Source: Alphaproteobacteria bacterium (GTDB lineage: Bacteria > Pseudomonadota > Alphaproteobacteria > GM7ARS4 > G965262615). Taken from it: a DNA stretch of 64,000 nt. This document shows positions 18,988 through 29,920 of the stretch, piece by piece; positions within the stretch are counted from its first letter, which is position 1; the number at the start of each line of letters is the position of its first letter. The translations under genes were made by a program, and so were the position numbers. Where the stretch lies: assembly GCA_965262615.1 (NCBI GenBank), contig OZ253545.1, positions 352,001 through 416,000 on the forward strand, written 5' to 3'. The notes below the pieces were generated by a model. That model ran no database searches and had not been told where the DNA came from. It saw only the letters and a program-made list of their open reading frames with translations.

Positions 18988-19826
18988 GATGCCCGCCCAC
19001 GATAAGGACTGGCAGGATAACAGCCGATGATTCTAATGGAATCGGCATAAGGCTTCATATCGGCAAGGGCTTTTTGAAAGGCGGGGTCATCTTTATGAGT
19101 CTCCATGTCCAGATAGAAGGCGGCTTGGTGAAATGTTTGATCCTTGACCATGCCCTCAAGGCGAGTGAGGTTGATGCGCTCGCGCGCGAGTCCTCCCAGT
19201 GCATTGTATAAAGCGGCGGGTTCATTATTGGTATGAAACACCAGACTGGTGATGACATGAGACTCGGAGAGCGAGGGGATTTCTTGATTGACCGATAGGA
19301 TGAGAAAGCGCGTGACATTGATGGCGGTGTCTTGAATGTCTTTTTTCAGCACATTAAGACGATGGATGGCGGCAGCCTCATGGGATGCAATGGCGGCGAT
19401 ATGGGTCTGATGCCCTTGTGCCACCTCGCGCGCCGCGACCGCGGTATCGGCTGTGGGAATGGGTGTCAGTTTGTGCTTTTGCAAGAATGAGCGACACTGT
19501 GCCAATGCCTGCATATGACTGGCAACATGGGTGATGGCATCAAAGGGAGTGTCTTTTTGGCTCAGCAGATGGTGGTGAATGGGATGAAAATGCTCGCCAA
19601 CGGCATGCAGCTGTGCATGGGCAAGAATTTGATGAATTTCCGCCACCCGTCCAGCGATGGAATTTTCCACAGGAATGAGCGCGTAAGTGGCATCTTGGTG
19701 GCTGGCGGCGGCGAACACATCCTCAAAGGAGGCATAGCCTTGTGCGTTGCCATCGGGAAAGCACTGCAGGCAAGCCGAGTGAGAATACGCTCCTTCTTCG
19801 CCTTGATAGGCAACCGTGAGACTCAT
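18984..19826 (-). CDS. pheA: Prephenate dehydratase
   Basis: YQGEEGAYS, PVENS, QALAQC and NVTRF motifs; ACT domain. Confidence 0.93.
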   Translation of the reverse strand: MSLTVAYQGEEGAYSHSACLQCFPDGNAQGYASFEDVFAAASHQDATYALIPVENSIAGRVAEIHQILAHAQLHAVGEHFHPIHHHLLSQKDTPFDAITHVASHMQALAQCRSFLQKHKLTPIPTADTAVAAREVAQGHQTHIAAIASHEAAAIHRLNVLKKDIQDTAINVTRFLILSVNQEIPSLSESHVITSLVFHTNNEPAALYNALGGLARERINLTRLEGMVKDQTFHQAAFYLDMETHKDDPAFQKALADMKPYADSIRIIGCYPASPYRGRAS

Positions 19827-20575
19827 GATGTTTTCTCCAACGAGGCGACATCCTCGGGCGTGTCAATGCTGTGAGGAATGACATCGGTTTTGAGGGCATG
19901 GATGGCAATGCCATGCTCCAGTGCACGCAATTGCTCAAGGGATTCGGACTTCTCAAGGGGACAGGGAGGAAGCTGTGTCAGTTTAAGAAGTGTCGCGCGC
20001 GCAAAACCATAAATGCCGATATGATGATAATACGCACCGTCCGATGCAGGGACAGCTTGACGGGAAAAATACACAGCTCGTCCCCAATCATCATTGTGCC
20101 ATGACACCGCCGCTTTGACAATTTGACTTTTGCCAATGTCAATTTCACGGGTGATAGGGCTCACAAGAGTGACCATCGGTGCGTGCGTCTGAATGAGATG
20201 ATGATGCACACGCCGAATATCGGCGATGGATGGAAAGGGGATGTCGCCCTGCAGATTGATGATGTATTGCACATTTTTGGCGGAGTCTTTTTGTTGCAAG
20301 GCGTGAGCAATGCGATCGCTGCCACTGGGCAGTGTGGATGGCGTCATGATGACTTCCGCACCTTCCTGCTGGCTGGCGGCTTTGATGTCTTGATGGTCGG
20401 TGGCGACAATCACCTTGCCGATGGTGCATGCGCGCGCCGCTCGCACCACATGGGCGATGAGCGGCGCACCATCAATAGAGACAAGGGCTTTGCGCGGCAA
20501 GCGGGTGCTTGCCATGCGTGCGGGAATCATAATCCAGCTTCCGCCACCAGTCACTTGCCTGCCACCATGAGACAA
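19823..20575 (-). CDS. kdsB: CMP-KDO synthetase
   Basis: IPARMASTRLP.K, SGSDR, NLQGD and LEQLRALE motifs. Confidence 0.93.
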   Translation of the reverse strand: MSHGGRQVTGGGSWIMIPARMASTRLPRKALVSIDGAPLIAHVVRAARACTIGKVIVATDHQDIKAASQQEGAEVIMTPSTLPSGSDRIAHALQQKDSAKNVQYIINLQGDIPFPSIADIRRVHHHLIQTHAPMVTLVSPITREIDIGKSQIVKAAVSWHNDDWGRAVYFSRQAVPASDGAYYHHIGIYGFARATLLKLTQLPPCPLEKSESLEQLRALEHGIAIHALKTDVIPHSIDTPEDVASLEKTS

Positions 20576-21882
20576 TCGGTGCGCAGTGAGGGGGCATCAA
20601 TGCCACTTTTGAATTCCAGGTCATCGGCGGCGCGCATGGACGCAAACACATCGCGCAGATTACCCGCCAGAGTCACCTCACCCACCGCATGACTCCAATC
20701 ACCGTTTTCAATCAAGAAGCCCGATGCGCCGCGCGAATAATCACCATTTTCCAGATTGAGCGATGACCCCAACAGCTCGGTGACATAAAATCCGCGCGCA
20801 ACATCCGCCATCAATTGCTGCGGTGAGCAATCCCCTTTGGCAAGATACATATTGCTGGCATTGGGCGCGGGATGCTCACTGACTTTGCGCGCCGCATGAG
20901 CCGTGGAGGGCAATTGCAACAGGTGTCCATTGCGAATGTCCAAAAAACGCCCCTTGAGAATGCCGTCTCCGACGATGGTGGTGCGCGCACCCGCCAAGCC
21001 CTCGCTGTCAAAGGGACGAGAGCGATGACCGCGCGCACGATGAGGGTCATCAATGATGGTGATGGAGGAATCCATGATTTTTTCGTCAAAGCGAGAACAC
21101 AAAAAACTGGTTTGCCGCACAAGACGCTCCCCCGACAGAGCATCAATCAGATGACGCAGCAACGAGGATGCCACACGGGGTGCAAAAATCACGGGCATGG
21201 CTTCAGAGGCTATTTTTTTTGCGTTCAAGCGATTGACCGTTCGCTGTGCGGTCTCTCTGCCCAATGATTCCAAGTCTCCCATGTTTTCCCAGTGGGTGAC
21301 ATGCTTGAATTCGTAGTCGCGCTCCATGGTGTCATCACTGCCGGCGATGACCGACAGGGCGATGGAGTGGTCGGTTTTGTCGTAATGACCGTGAAATCCC
21401 TCGCTGGTGGCAAGAGTCAAACGCTGACGCTCAAACCCACACGCCGAGCCTTCGGAATTGGTGATGTCTTTGTGGGCGCGCGCGGCTTGTTCCAGTTCAC
21501 GCGCTCTTGCGATGAGGTCTTTTTCTTGCGGCGTTGTGTCATCGTGCAAGTCAAGAGGCATGATGGTTGCCGCGTATTCTTTTGTTGATGCCAGACGGCT
21601 GGCTTCATCTTCGGGGGTTTTTTGGGCGAGTGAGACGGCGCGGTCGCATAAATCGGCAAGAGCGGTGGCATCCAAAATTTGACTGGAAAGCAGAGCTTTG
21701 CTTTTGCCCACCCACACCCGCAGAGCCAGCTGATGGTTCTCGCTGTATTCCAGCGATTCAATCTCATCCAGGCGCACGCACGCTTGATGATGGGTGCGAT
21801 GACTCAGCAACACCTCGCTATGGGTCGCCCCTGCGTCACTTGCCCATCCCAGCATCTTGCTTATGAGGTTTTTGTCGTCCAT
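20551..21882 (-). CDS. pmbA: TldE/PmbA-family protein
   Basis: SRPFDSEG and GDYSRGASGF.IENG motifs. Confidence 0.88.
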   Translation of the reverse strand: MDDKNLISKMLGWASDAGATHSEVLLSHRTHHQACVRLDEIESLEYSENHQLALRVWVGKSKALLSSQILDATALADLCDRAVSLAQKTPEDEASRLASTKEYAATIMPLDLHDDTTPQEKDLIARARELEQAARAHKDITNSEGSACGFERQRLTLATSEGFHGHYDKTDHSIALSVIAGSDDTMERDYEFKHVTHWENMGDLESLGRETAQRTVNRLNAKKIASEAMPVIFAPRVASSLLRHLIDALSGERLVRQTSFLCSRFDEKIMDSSITIIDDPHRARGHRSRPFDSEGLAGARTTIVGDGILKGRFLDIRNGHLLQLPSTAHAARKVSEHPAPNASNMYLAKGDCSPQQLMADVARGFYVTELLGSSLNLENGDYSRGASGFLIENGDWSHAVGEVTLAGNLRDVFASMRAADDLEFKSGIDAPSLRTDCLMVAGK

Positions 21883-21888
21883 GATAGT

Positions 21889-23082
21889 ATGAATATGAAA
21901 AGAATAGTCATTGCACAAGGGGGCGGGCCCACGGTTGTGATCAATCAGACGCTGGTGGGGGTGATTGAACAAGCACAAAAAATGGGCGTGAGCGATATTT
22001 GGGGCGCGCATGGCGGCGTGCGCGGCATGGCGGAGGGGCAATTTTTCAATATGTCTTCGTTATCGCCAGAACACTTGCAAGCGGTTGCCATGACACCATC
22101 GGCGGCACTGGCTTCCACCAGAGACAAACCCGATGACACCTATTGTGCCGTTGTGTGCAAGGTGTTGTCATCGCATGGTATTGACGGTGTGTTCTATATT
22201 GGCGGCAATGACACCAGTGCCACACTGATGCAATTGAGTGCATTCAGCCAGCAGCATAAAGGACACCCATTGCGAGCGGTGCATGTTCCCAAGACCATTG
22301 ATAATGATTTGGTGTGCAATGACCATGTGCCGGGGTATGGCTCGGCGGCGCGTTATGTGGCACTGGCGGTGCGCGGGCTTGATTTTGACCAACGGGCATT
22401 GGCGGGAATTCATCTGGTGGTGGTGATGGGTCGCCATGCGGGATTTCTCACCGCCGCCGCCGCCGCCCTGCGCCGTGATGAAGCCGATGGCCCTCATATC
22501 ATCTGTCTGCCTGAGGATGAGTTTGATGAGGATTCCTTTCTTGCCGCCATTGAGGATTGCTACACCAAATATGGACGCTGTTTGATTGCCGTGAGCGAGG
22601 GAATCAAGGGAAGCGATGGCAAACCCATTGTGACGCAATTGACGCGTGATGAGACGGATGCTCATGGCAATGTGCAGCTGTCTGGCAGTGGAGCGTTGGG
22701 GGATGCCTTGGCAGCGCGCATCAAAAAAGCCATGCCAAATGCGCGTGTGCGCTCCGATACATTGGGCTACATGCAGCGATGTTTTCCCGCCGTTGTCTCG
22801 GACACAGATGCCACAGAGGCGCGCGAGGCGGGACGCAAAGCCGTTGAGTTTGCCCTGCAGCAGCAAAAAGATGGCTCGGTGACCCTCAATCGCAATGAGG
22901 CGGGTGAGACCGTGTATGGCTATGAGAATCTCCAAGCCATCGGCGGCAAGACGCGCTATTTGCCCAATGAGTTCTGGCACAAAGGAAAATGGAATTTGAC
23001 TCCTGCTTTTGTCCAATGGGTCAAGCCGCTCTTGGGAAGTGATTTGCCCGTTTTGACTTCGCTGCAAGCGAAAAAAATCTAA
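21889..23082 (+). CDS. 6-phosphofructokinase, probably PPi-dependent
   Basis: AQGGGPT.VIN, IGGNDT, PKTIDND and VMGRHAG motifs. Confidence 0.88.
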   Translation: MNMKRIVIAQGGGPTVVINQTLVGVIEQAQKMGVSDIWGAHGGVRGMAEGQFFNMSSLSPEHLQAVAMTPSAALASTRDKPDDTYCAVVCKVLSSHGIDGVFYIGGNDTSATLMQLSAFSQQHKGHPLRAVHVPKTIDNDLVCNDHVPGYGSAARYVALAVRGLDFDQRALAGIHLVVVMGRHAGFLTAAAAALRRDEADGPHIICLPEDEFDEDSFLAAIEDCYTKYGRCLIAVSEGIKGSDGKPIVTQLTRDETDAHGNVQLSGSGALGDALAARIKKAMPNARVRSDTLGYMQRCFPAVVSDTDATEAREAGRKAVEFALQQQKDGSVTLNRNEAGETVYGYENLQAIGGKTRYLPNEFWHKGKWNLTPAFVQWVKPLLGSDLPVLTSLQAKKI

Positions 23083-23268
23083 AGAAACGAAATATTTTCA
23101 TCTGTATGCCATTGAATTGATGTCAATGACGCAATAATTCACCTTTGTTGGTCACTCAAAACATGATACACTTTATGTAATTCTGTGTGGCACAGAGCGG
23201 AGCAATACGCTTTCCCTGCTTCACAAGAAAGGGAGGCAAGGAATTGAGCGTTGTTTATAGTGGGTGAG

Positions 23269-23352
23269 TGCGGGCGGTCGGACTCGAACCGACACGGAAG
23301 CAATTCCACTATTATGACAAAATAGCGCGTCTACCAATTTCGCCACGCCCGC
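23269..23352 (-). tRNA. Non-canonical tRNA: tRNA-Leu-type body with GTC (Asp) anticodon; CCA not encoded
   Basis: GCGGGCG TG GCGAAATTGGTAGACGC G CTATT-TTGTCAT-AATAG T GGAA-TTGC-TTCC GT GTCGG-TTCGAGT-CCGAC CGCCCGC A; all stems pair. Confidence 0.8.
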
Positions 23353-23398
23353 AAATTCCGATGTCTGCGCCCGTGTATTGCTCAATGACAATCGGTCG

Positions 23399-23429
23399 GG
23401 GGGTCTGCTTTGCAGACCCCCTGCTTTTT
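23399..23429. terminator. GC-rich hairpin, probable intrinsic terminator
   Basis: GGGGGTCTGC-TTT-GCAGACCCCC followed by TGCTTTTT. Confidence 0.6.
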
Positions 23430-23458
23430 ATCAACATGACAAAAGAATATATGATTAT

Positions 23459-23836
23459 TCAATCGGCGAAATAACGAGTGATGCCGTTATCTTCTTCTAC
23501 TCTTAATGATTTTGTCGTGAGCTGATCCTCGAAACTTTCCATTTCTGCAGTTTTGTTTTCCTCACGAGGCAATTTCATCTTAAAGGGAAATGTCTTGAGC
23601 TCGTATCCATGATTTTGAATGAGGTCAAGGTGTTCCATGCTTTGTCCCCAGCCACTCTGTCTTCTCCCGTCGTTAAATTCCCAACGACTATCCAATATAA
23701 CACCCACTTCAGTTTGAGGGTCATTTTGCCACTCGCCAAAAATGACAAATTTTTCGTCATGATTGACATACGACCAGCTCCACCGCCAGTTGTCGCAGGT
23801 TGCACCATTGCTTTCTATGAATTGTTTTAGGCTCAT
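23459..23836 (-). CDS. Hypothetical protein; resembles the N-terminal domain of some HNH endonucleases
   Basis: AT-richer ORF, KQFIES.GATC.NW.WSWS.VNH.EKFVIFG.W; family recalled from memory; no HNH motif present. Confidence 0.5.
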   Translation of the reverse strand: MSLKQFIESNGATCDNWRWSWSYVNHDEKFVIFGEWQNDPQTEVGVILDSRWEFNDGRRQSGWGQSMEHLDLIQNHGYELKTFPFKMKLPREENKTAEMESFEDQLTTKSLRVEEDNGITRYFAD

Positions 23837-25122
23837 TGAAAAATTGGGATGATTTGCGGTGGCGAGAGAATGTCATTTTGTTTGTGCCATGTTTTTTGCA
23901 GGGTGTCAATGATGTCTTGTTTTGCGGGATGGGTGGTCATCACCAGCTGGGTGTTCTTGCCTTGAGGCGTGTCTTGAATGATGTGATTGAGAGAGACTCC
24001 CTCGCGCGCGCATTGTTCAGAAATGTGAGCCAACACGCCTGCGCGATCCTCAACCTCTAAGCGAATATAAAACGCGCGGCTCAAAGGATTATGACTCTCA
24101 GTTTTTTTGTCGTATCCATCATTGACGATAGGAAGGGAATTGTTTTCGCGCATTAAATCTGTGAGGTCGCTGATGACGGCGGCGGCGGTGGCGGCGCGTC
24201 CCGCGCCGTGTCCCGTCAGCAATAGGGGACCCAGAGGCTCGCTGTGCAGCACCACCCCATTGGTGACATCATGCACATGGGCAAGGTCATGGTTTTTATC
24301 CAGCAGCATGGCTTCCACATGACGAATCACGCGTCCCTCATGCCACACCCCATCGGCAAGATGGCGAATGACAAACCCCCATTGGGACGCATAGTGAAAA
24401 TCCTCAGTGGTGATGTGTTCAATGCCGCCCACGGGAAATGAGGTGTCCCATCCCGCCTCGCCCCACGCCATTGCCGCAAGGATGGTCAATTTGTGCGCGG
24501 CATCATGCCCGTGAATGTCGGTGGATGGGTCGGCTTCGGCATAGCCCAATTGTTGAGCATCATGCAGGGCATCGCTGAAGGCACGATTTTGCCTCGCCAT
24601 TTGCGTGAGGATATAATTGCATGTGCCATTGAGAATGCCCGTGATGCGGGTGATGTGATTGACCATCATGCCCTCCCGTAGCACCTTGATGACAGGAATG
24701 CCGCCGCCCACCGCCGCCTCAAACGCCAGCTGACAATTGTTTTTGTCTGCCAATGCAAAAAGAGCCTCGCCCTTTTGTGCCAGCAACGCCTTGTTGGCGG
24801 TGATGACATGTTTGCCATTGCGAAGACAGCGCGTCACCAGTTCATCGGCAATGCCGTTCGTGCCGCCAATCAGTTCAATGACGATGTCAATGGCATCATC
24901 GTCCGCCAGCTGCAAAGCATCGGGGACAAAACGGCAGTGTGGCGGCAGAGGTTTTGCGAGTTTGTCATTCAGATCCGACACGGCATGAAGGCGCACGCTT
25001 CCAAGACTGCGCGCCGCCACCAATCCATGATGGTAGGAATCACGCAGCAAATCATAGACACCGCCGCCCACCGTTCCCAAGCCGGCAATGGCAACAGCAT
25101 ATTCTTTTTTAGGATGGCTCAT
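23833..25122 (-). CDS. hom: Homoserine dehydrogenase
   Basis: GLGTVGGG, TANKA, EAAVGGGIP and GYAEADP motifs; ACT domain. Confidence 0.95.
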   Translation of the reverse strand: MSHPKKEYAVAIAGLGTVGGGVYDLLRDSYHHGLVAARSLGSVRLHAVSDLNDKLAKPLPPHCRFVPDALQLADDDAIDIVIELIGGTNGIADELVTRCLRNGKHVITANKALLAQKGEALFALADKNNCQLAFEAAVGGGIPVIKVLREGMMVNHITRITGILNGTCNYILTQMARQNRAFSDALHDAQQLGYAEADPSTDIHGHDAAHKLTILAAMAWGEAGWDTSFPVGGIEHITTEDFHYASQWGFVIRHLADGVWHEGRVIRHVEAMLLDKNHDLAHVHDVTNGVVLHSEPLGPLLLTGHGAGRAATAAAVISDLTDLMRENNSLPIVNDGYDKKTESHNPLSRAFYIRLEVEDRAGVLAHISEQCAREGVSLNHIIQDTPQGKNTQLVMTTHPAKQDIIDTLQKTWHKQNDILSPPQIIPIFQ

Positions 25123-25273
25123 TGTTATGATGGCTCGTTGTTTTTGACTCTGTCAATGATGTCTTGGCGCGTGTTTGCATCGGGCGGCGGGGGGAAGTCC
25201 TTGGTCAAAGAGGGATAATTGCCACACCCACCCAACACTAATACCACAAACAAGCCATAAAACCAGTGACGCA

Positions 25274-25792
25274 TCATGACCGATACCGCACGCTCAGTTC
25301 ATAATAATTGCGCGCCGTCTGTTTGATGAATTGCGTCTCGTCATCTCGCAAGGTTCGGTTGCTGGAGAGGGGACGACCCTTCCATAGCTTGCCGCCCTCC
25401 ACCGTCATGTCGGGAGGCACAAGGCTATGGGCGGCAATCATTGCGCCTTTTTTAATGACCGCGCCGTCCAAAATCACCGAGCCCATGCCAATCAAACAAC
25501 AATCCTCAATGGTGCAGGCGTGAATGATGGCACTATGACCAATGGTCACATCATTGCCAATGGTGGTGAAGGGGCCACCCGTTGTCACATGAATGACACA
25601 CAGGTCTTGAATGTTGGTGCGCTCTCCAATGACGATGGGTCCCACATCGGCTCGTGCCACCGCATTGAACCACACCGATGAGTGCGCGCCGATGGTCACA
25701 TCGCCAATAATCTGTGCGCCTTGAGCGATGAACACATCCGATGCCACCGTCGGGTGGTGACCGTCAAAAGAGTGCAAACACGAATGATTCAT
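25274..25792 (-). CDS. Gamma carbonic anhydrase-family protein
   Basis: Hexapeptide repeats; IGERTNIQD..IH and TIGH.AIIHAC motifs. Confidence 0.9.
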   Translation of the reverse strand: MNHSCLHSFDGHHPTVASDVFIAQGAQIIGDVTIGAHSSVWFNAVARADVGPIVIGERTNIQDLCVIHVTTGGPFTTIGNDVTIGHSAIIHACTIEDCCLIGMGSVILDGAVIKKGAMIAAHSLVPPDMTVEGGKLWKGRPLSSNRTLRDDETQFIKQTARNYYELSVRYRS

Positions 25793-26802
25793 GGAAATGA
25801 GGCGGTTTGTGGCAGTGCGGCGGTTTCGTCATACCCTGCCATGATATTCATGTTTTGCACAGCCTGTCCGCTTGCTCCCTTGAGAAGATTGTCCAGCACC
25901 GACACAATGACGATGGTGTCATTTTTTTGCACGCATCCCAGCCAGCACAGATTGCTGCCGTTCGTCCATGCGGTTTCAGGAAGCACAGACTCATCGCACA
26001 GATGGATAAAAGGCTCGGCATGATAGGCATCATGCAGACACTGGCGAATGGTGGCGACAGATTCGCCCTTTTTCAGCGTGCCATAGATGGTTGCCATGAT
26101 GCCCCGAGTCATGGGAACAAGATGAGGCACAAACATGAGTGATGCCCTCGCTGCATCACTGAGCTCTTGTTCCATTTCTGCCATGTGGCGATGATGCCCC
26201 ACGCCATAGGCTTGCACAGAGGCGGCGCGCTCACTGTATAAAAGGGGGCGTTTTGCTTCGCGTCCTGCTCCCGATATGCCGGACTTGGCATCAATGATGA
26301 TGGTGTCCTTGAGTCGTTTTTCGAGAGGCTTCAGAGCTAAAATGACCGCGGTGGCGTAGCATCCCGGATTGGCAACAAGAGTGGCATCGGCGATGGCGGG
26401 GCGATGCCATTCACTCAAACCATACACAGCCTGTGGCAACAGATGTGGCGCATGATGCTTGCCATACCATTGTTCATAATGATTGAGGTCATGCAGTCTG
26501 AAATCTGCACCCAAGTCAATGACCCGACAATGCGGCAGGGCTTGGTCAATCAGCGGCGCGCTTTTGCCGTGTGGCAGGCAAAAGAAGGCGCAATCGTAGT
26601 CTTGCCATTGCAGCTGGTCTATGGGGGTGAGAGGCGGCAGCTGGGCGGCACTCAATGACGGCAAAACCTCATGCCATGATTTGCCCGCCGATTCATGGGC
26701 GGCGGTGGCGACAATGGTGACATCATCGTGACCAATCAGCAATTCAATCAAGGACGCGGCGGTGTATCCGCTTGCTCCCACAATGGCAACACGAAAAGAC
26801 AT
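25789..26802 (-). CDS. argC: N-acetyl-gamma-glutamyl-phosphate reductase
   Basis: GASGYT, ANPGCY, SGISGAGR and DNLLKGASGQA motifs. Confidence 0.96.
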   Translation of the reverse strand: MSFRVAIVGASGYTAASLIELLIGHDDVTIVATAAHESAGKSWHEVLPSLSAAQLPPLTPIDQLQWQDYDCAFFCLPHGKSAPLIDQALPHCRVIDLGADFRLHDLNHYEQWYGKHHAPHLLPQAVYGLSEWHRPAIADATLVANPGCYATAVILALKPLEKRLKDTIIIDAKSGISGAGREAKRPLLYSERAASVQAYGVGHHRHMAEMEQELSDAARASLMFVPHLVPMTRGIMATIYGTLKKGESVATIRQCLHDAYHAEPFIHLCDESVLPETAWTNGSNLCWLGCVQKNDTIVIVSVLDNLLKGASGQAVQNMNIMAGYDETAALPQTASFP

Positions 26803-26885
26803 ACCCTATCTTGTAGCAAAGGGCATGGGTGTTGGCAATTGAGCCCCTTGTTGCGGTGATTGTCTTTTAGCTTTATGATAACGGC

Positions 26886-29444
26886 ATGACGGATGAATCT
26901 TCCACCGACCTTTTGTCGCCTTCGCCTTTTTCGGTGACCATCAAGGAGGAGATGGAACGCTCGTATTTGGATTATGCGATGAGCGTGATTGTGTCGCGCG
27001 CATTGCCGGATTTGCGTGATGGACTCAAGCCCGTGCAAAGGCGGATATTGTTTCGCATGAAGGAATCGGGCTGCACGCCTGATAAAAATTATCGCAAATC
27101 GGCTCGCATCGTGGGGGAAGTGATGGGACGCTACCATCCTCATGGGGATGCGGCGATTTATGATGCCATGGTGCGGATGGCTCAGGATTTTTCCATGCGG
27201 CTGCCGTTGGTGGATGGTCAGGGCAATTTCGGCTCACAAGACGGTGACCCGCCCGCCGCCATGCGCTACACAGAGGCGCGCCTCCATGCCGATGCCATGC
27301 CTTTGTTGCAGGATATTGACTATGACACGGTGGAGTTTCGTGACAACTATGATTCCTCCGCCCAAGAACCCGAAGTTTTGCCCGCGCGCTTTCCCAATTT
27401 GCTCATCAATGGTGCGGGCGGCATTGCGGTGGGCATGGCAACCAACATTCCTCCTCATAATCCAAGCGAAATACTGGATGGCTTGTTGCAGCTGGTGGAC
27501 AATCCAGACATCACGGAAAAGGAGATGATGACAATCATCTCCGCCCCCGACTTTCCCACAGGCGGCATGATTTTGGGATTAGATGGCATTCGCTCTTTAT
27601 TTAAAACCGGCAAAGGCTCATTGCGCATGCGGGCGCGTGCCGAGATTATGCCCCTCAAGAGACAGCAACATGCCATCGTGGTGCATGACATTCCCTATCA
27701 GGTGAATAAGTCTCGCTTGATTGAGCGCATTGCCCATGTGGCGCGTGATAAACAAGTGGAGGGGATCAGTGACATTCGCGATGAGTCCAATCGTGAGGGG
27801 ATGCGTATTGTGATTGAGACGCGCGCATCGGTGGAAGCTCAGGTGGTTCTCAATCAGCTCTATCGCTTGACACCGCTTGAGTCATCTTTTTCGGCACACA
27901 TGCTGATGCTGGTGGATGGCAAGCCGCAATCATTACCGATGCTGGCGATTTTGCGGCATTTTCTGGCATTTCGCGAAGCCACCATTGGCAAACGCACACT
28001 GTATCATTTGAAAAAAAGTCGTGACAAAGCCAGCAATTTGCTGGGCATTGCGGTGGTGGTGAGTCATTTGGACACATTGCTGACAATGATTCGCCAGGCA
28101 AAGGACAGTGACACCGCGCGCGCAGCTCTGACGGCACATGCATGGAATTTGGGAGATGTCGCGCCCTATGTGGCACTGGTGGAGCAGGCATCGGGAGAGA
28201 AAAAGGTGTCATCGGGTGATATCTATCACTTAAGCGATGACCAAGCTCGTGCCATTTTGCAATTGCGCTTGCACCGATTGACTTCGTTGGAGCGAGAGAA
28301 GATTTTTGAGGAATTGCGCGAGCTCACCGATGCCATTGCCGAGTACAGTGCCATTTTGATGAATCGGACGCGTCTGTTGGCGGTTCTCAAGGAAGAATTG
28401 CAGCAATTGCGTGAGCAGTTGGCATCGCCTCGCCGCACGCAGGTGGTGGCAGACCATCAGGACACCGCCGATGAGGATTTGATTCAATCGGAGGATATGG
28501 TGGTGACATTGTCCCAAGAGGGATATATCAAAAGCACGCCTCGCACTTCCTATCGTCCGCAAAAACGCGGCGGGCAAGGCAGCCGAGCCATGACCACCCA
28601 CGAGCAGGACTTTGTCCTCAAAGTTTATGATGTCAACAGTCATACGAAGATTTTCTTTTTCTCCTCATGGGGCAAGATTTACGGCACGAAGGTTCATAAG
28701 TTGCCCAAGAGCAAATCCACGGCGCGCGGGCGTCATTTTGCCCAACTGTTTCCCATTAAAAAGGGCGAGATGATGCACACCATGATGCCATGTCCTGAGG
28801 AATGGCAGAGCGATGACTATTATGTCATTTTAGCCACGGCGAGCGGTTCTATTCGGCGCAATCAATTGACGGACTTTTCCAATGTGGCGGCACATGGCAA
28901 GCGCGCCATGCACTTGGCACAAAATGATCATCTGATTGGGGCAAGCGTCGCTCAAGAGGGCGACCATATTTTGCTTTCCACCCGTCAGGGAAAATCGGTG
29001 CGCTTTGCGGTGGAGGATTTGCGAATCTTTTCCAAAGGAAGCACATCCCATGGTGTCAGAGCCATGACTCTGGAGAATGGCGATGAAATCGTCAGTCAAG
29101 CCATTGTGGCACAAGGCATGGGGCAGACCCATTGTTTGCTCACGGTGCGCAGTGACGGCTATGGCAAACGCACGCCACTGGAGGAGTATCGCATCACCAG
29201 TCGTGGCGGCAAGGGCATTGTTACCATGAAAATGGCGGAACAAACCCAAGTGGTGGCGGCATTGCCTGTGACCGAGAATGACGAAGTCATCCTCACCAGC
29301 AATAGAGGACAATTGATTCGCTGTGCCGCCAAGGGCATATCAACGATGGGAAGGATGTCACGGGGTGTGAGGCTCTTTCGCTGCAAGAGTGATGAATTTG
29401 TCACATCGGTTGCCATTGTCAAAAGCGAGGAGGTGGCATCATGA
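26886..29444 (+). CDS. gyrA: DNA gyrase subunit A
   Basis: [15 protein letters not shown] and GyrA-box QKRGGQG. Confidence 0.96.
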   Translation: MTDESSTDLLSPSPFSVTIKEEMERSYLDYAMSVIVSRALPDLRDGLKPVQRRILFRMKESGCTPDKNYRKSARIVGEVMGRYHPHGDAAIYDAMVRMAQDFSMRLPLVDGQGNFGSQDGDPPAAMRYTEARLHADAMPLLQDIDYDTVEFRDNYDSSAQEPEVLPARFPNLLINGAGGIAVGMATNIPPHNPSEILDGLLQLVDNPDITEKEMMTIISAPDFPTGGMILGLDGIRSLFKTGKGSLRMRARAEIMPLKRQQHAIVVHDIPYQVNKSRLIERIAHVARDKQVEGISDIRDESNREGMRIVIETRASVEAQVVLNQLYRLTPLESSFSAHMLMLVDGKPQSLPMLAILRHFLAFREATIGKRTLYHLKKSRDKASNLLGIAVVVSHLDTLLTMIRQAKDSDTARAALTAHAWNLGDVAPYVALVEQASGEKKVSSGDIYHLSDDQARAILQLRLHRLTSLEREKIFEELRELTDAIAEYSAILMNRTRLLAVLKEELQQLREQLASPRRTQVVADHQDTADEDLIQSEDMVVTLSQEGYIKSTPRTSYRPQKRGGQGSRAMTTHEQDFVLKVYDVNSHTKIFFFSSWGKIYGTKVHKLPKSKSTARGRHFAQLFPIKKGEMMHTMMPCPEEWQSDDYYVILATASGSIRRNQLTDFSNVAAHGKRAMHLAQNDHLIGASVAQEGDHILLSTRQGKSVRFAVEDLRIFSKGSTSHGVRAMTLENGDEIVSQAIVAQGMGQTHCLLTVRSDGYGKRTPLEEYRITSRGGKGIVTMKMAEQTQVVAALPVTENDEVILTSNRGQLIRCAAKGISTMGRMSRGVRLFRCKSDEFVTSVAIVKSEEVAS

Positions 29445-29920
29445 CGGCGCGCATTGCTGTGTATCCGGGCAGTTTTGACCCTGTCACTTTGGGGCACATT
29501 GATATCATGAAGCGGGCTCTGTCGGTGGTGGATCGCCTGATTGTGGCGGTGGCACACAATTCTCAAAAAAAGTCATTGTTTGGTGTGGATCTGCGGGTGC
29601 GTCTGATTGAGCAGTCGGTCACAGATGACCGATTACAAGTCATGTCTTTTGATGGTCTTTTGGTTGATTTTGTGCGGGTGCAGAAAGCCAGAATTATTGT
29701 GCGGGGTTTGCGCGCCGTCTCCGATTTTGAATATGAGTTCAAAATGGCGGTTGCCAACTCTAAGCTGGATTCATCCATTGAGACGCTGTTTCTCATGGCA
29801 TCGGAATCGCAACAATTCACCTCATCACAAATCGTGCGAGAGATTGCTTTATTGGGGGGAGATGTGGCACAGTTTGCACCTGAGTCGGTGGTCAAGGCGT
29901 GTCAGGAGGTGAAACTATGA
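29441..29920 (+). CDS. coaD: Phosphopantetheine adenylyltransferase
   Basis: YPGSFDP.TLGH and [12 protein letters not shown] motifs. Confidence 0.97.
   Translation: MTARIAVYPGSFDPVTLGHIDIMKRALSVVDRLIVAVAHNSQKKSLFGVDLRVRLIEQSVTDDRLQVMSFDGLLVDFVRVQKARIIVRGLRAVSDFEYEFKMAVANSKLDSSIETLFLMASESQQFTSSQIVREIALLGGDVAQFAPESVVKACQEVKL

Noticed and set aside
21679-22041. Apparent long head-to-head overlap of pmbA and pfk, and similar N-terminal extensions of petA, lysA, coaE and the first repeat gene
   Set aside because: These come from the ORF track's longest-ORF starts. Family-consistent starts lie downstream and remove the overlaps.
23268-23474. 68-aa ORF MRAVGLEPT..., and ORFs 4412-4837 and 34500-34748
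   Set aside because: These are typical spurious translations across tRNA genes.
27130-27170. GyrA Ala at the Ser83-equivalent position ([10 protein letters not shown]) as acquired quinolone resistance
   Set aside because: Ala is a common natural state at this position in Alphaproteobacteria.
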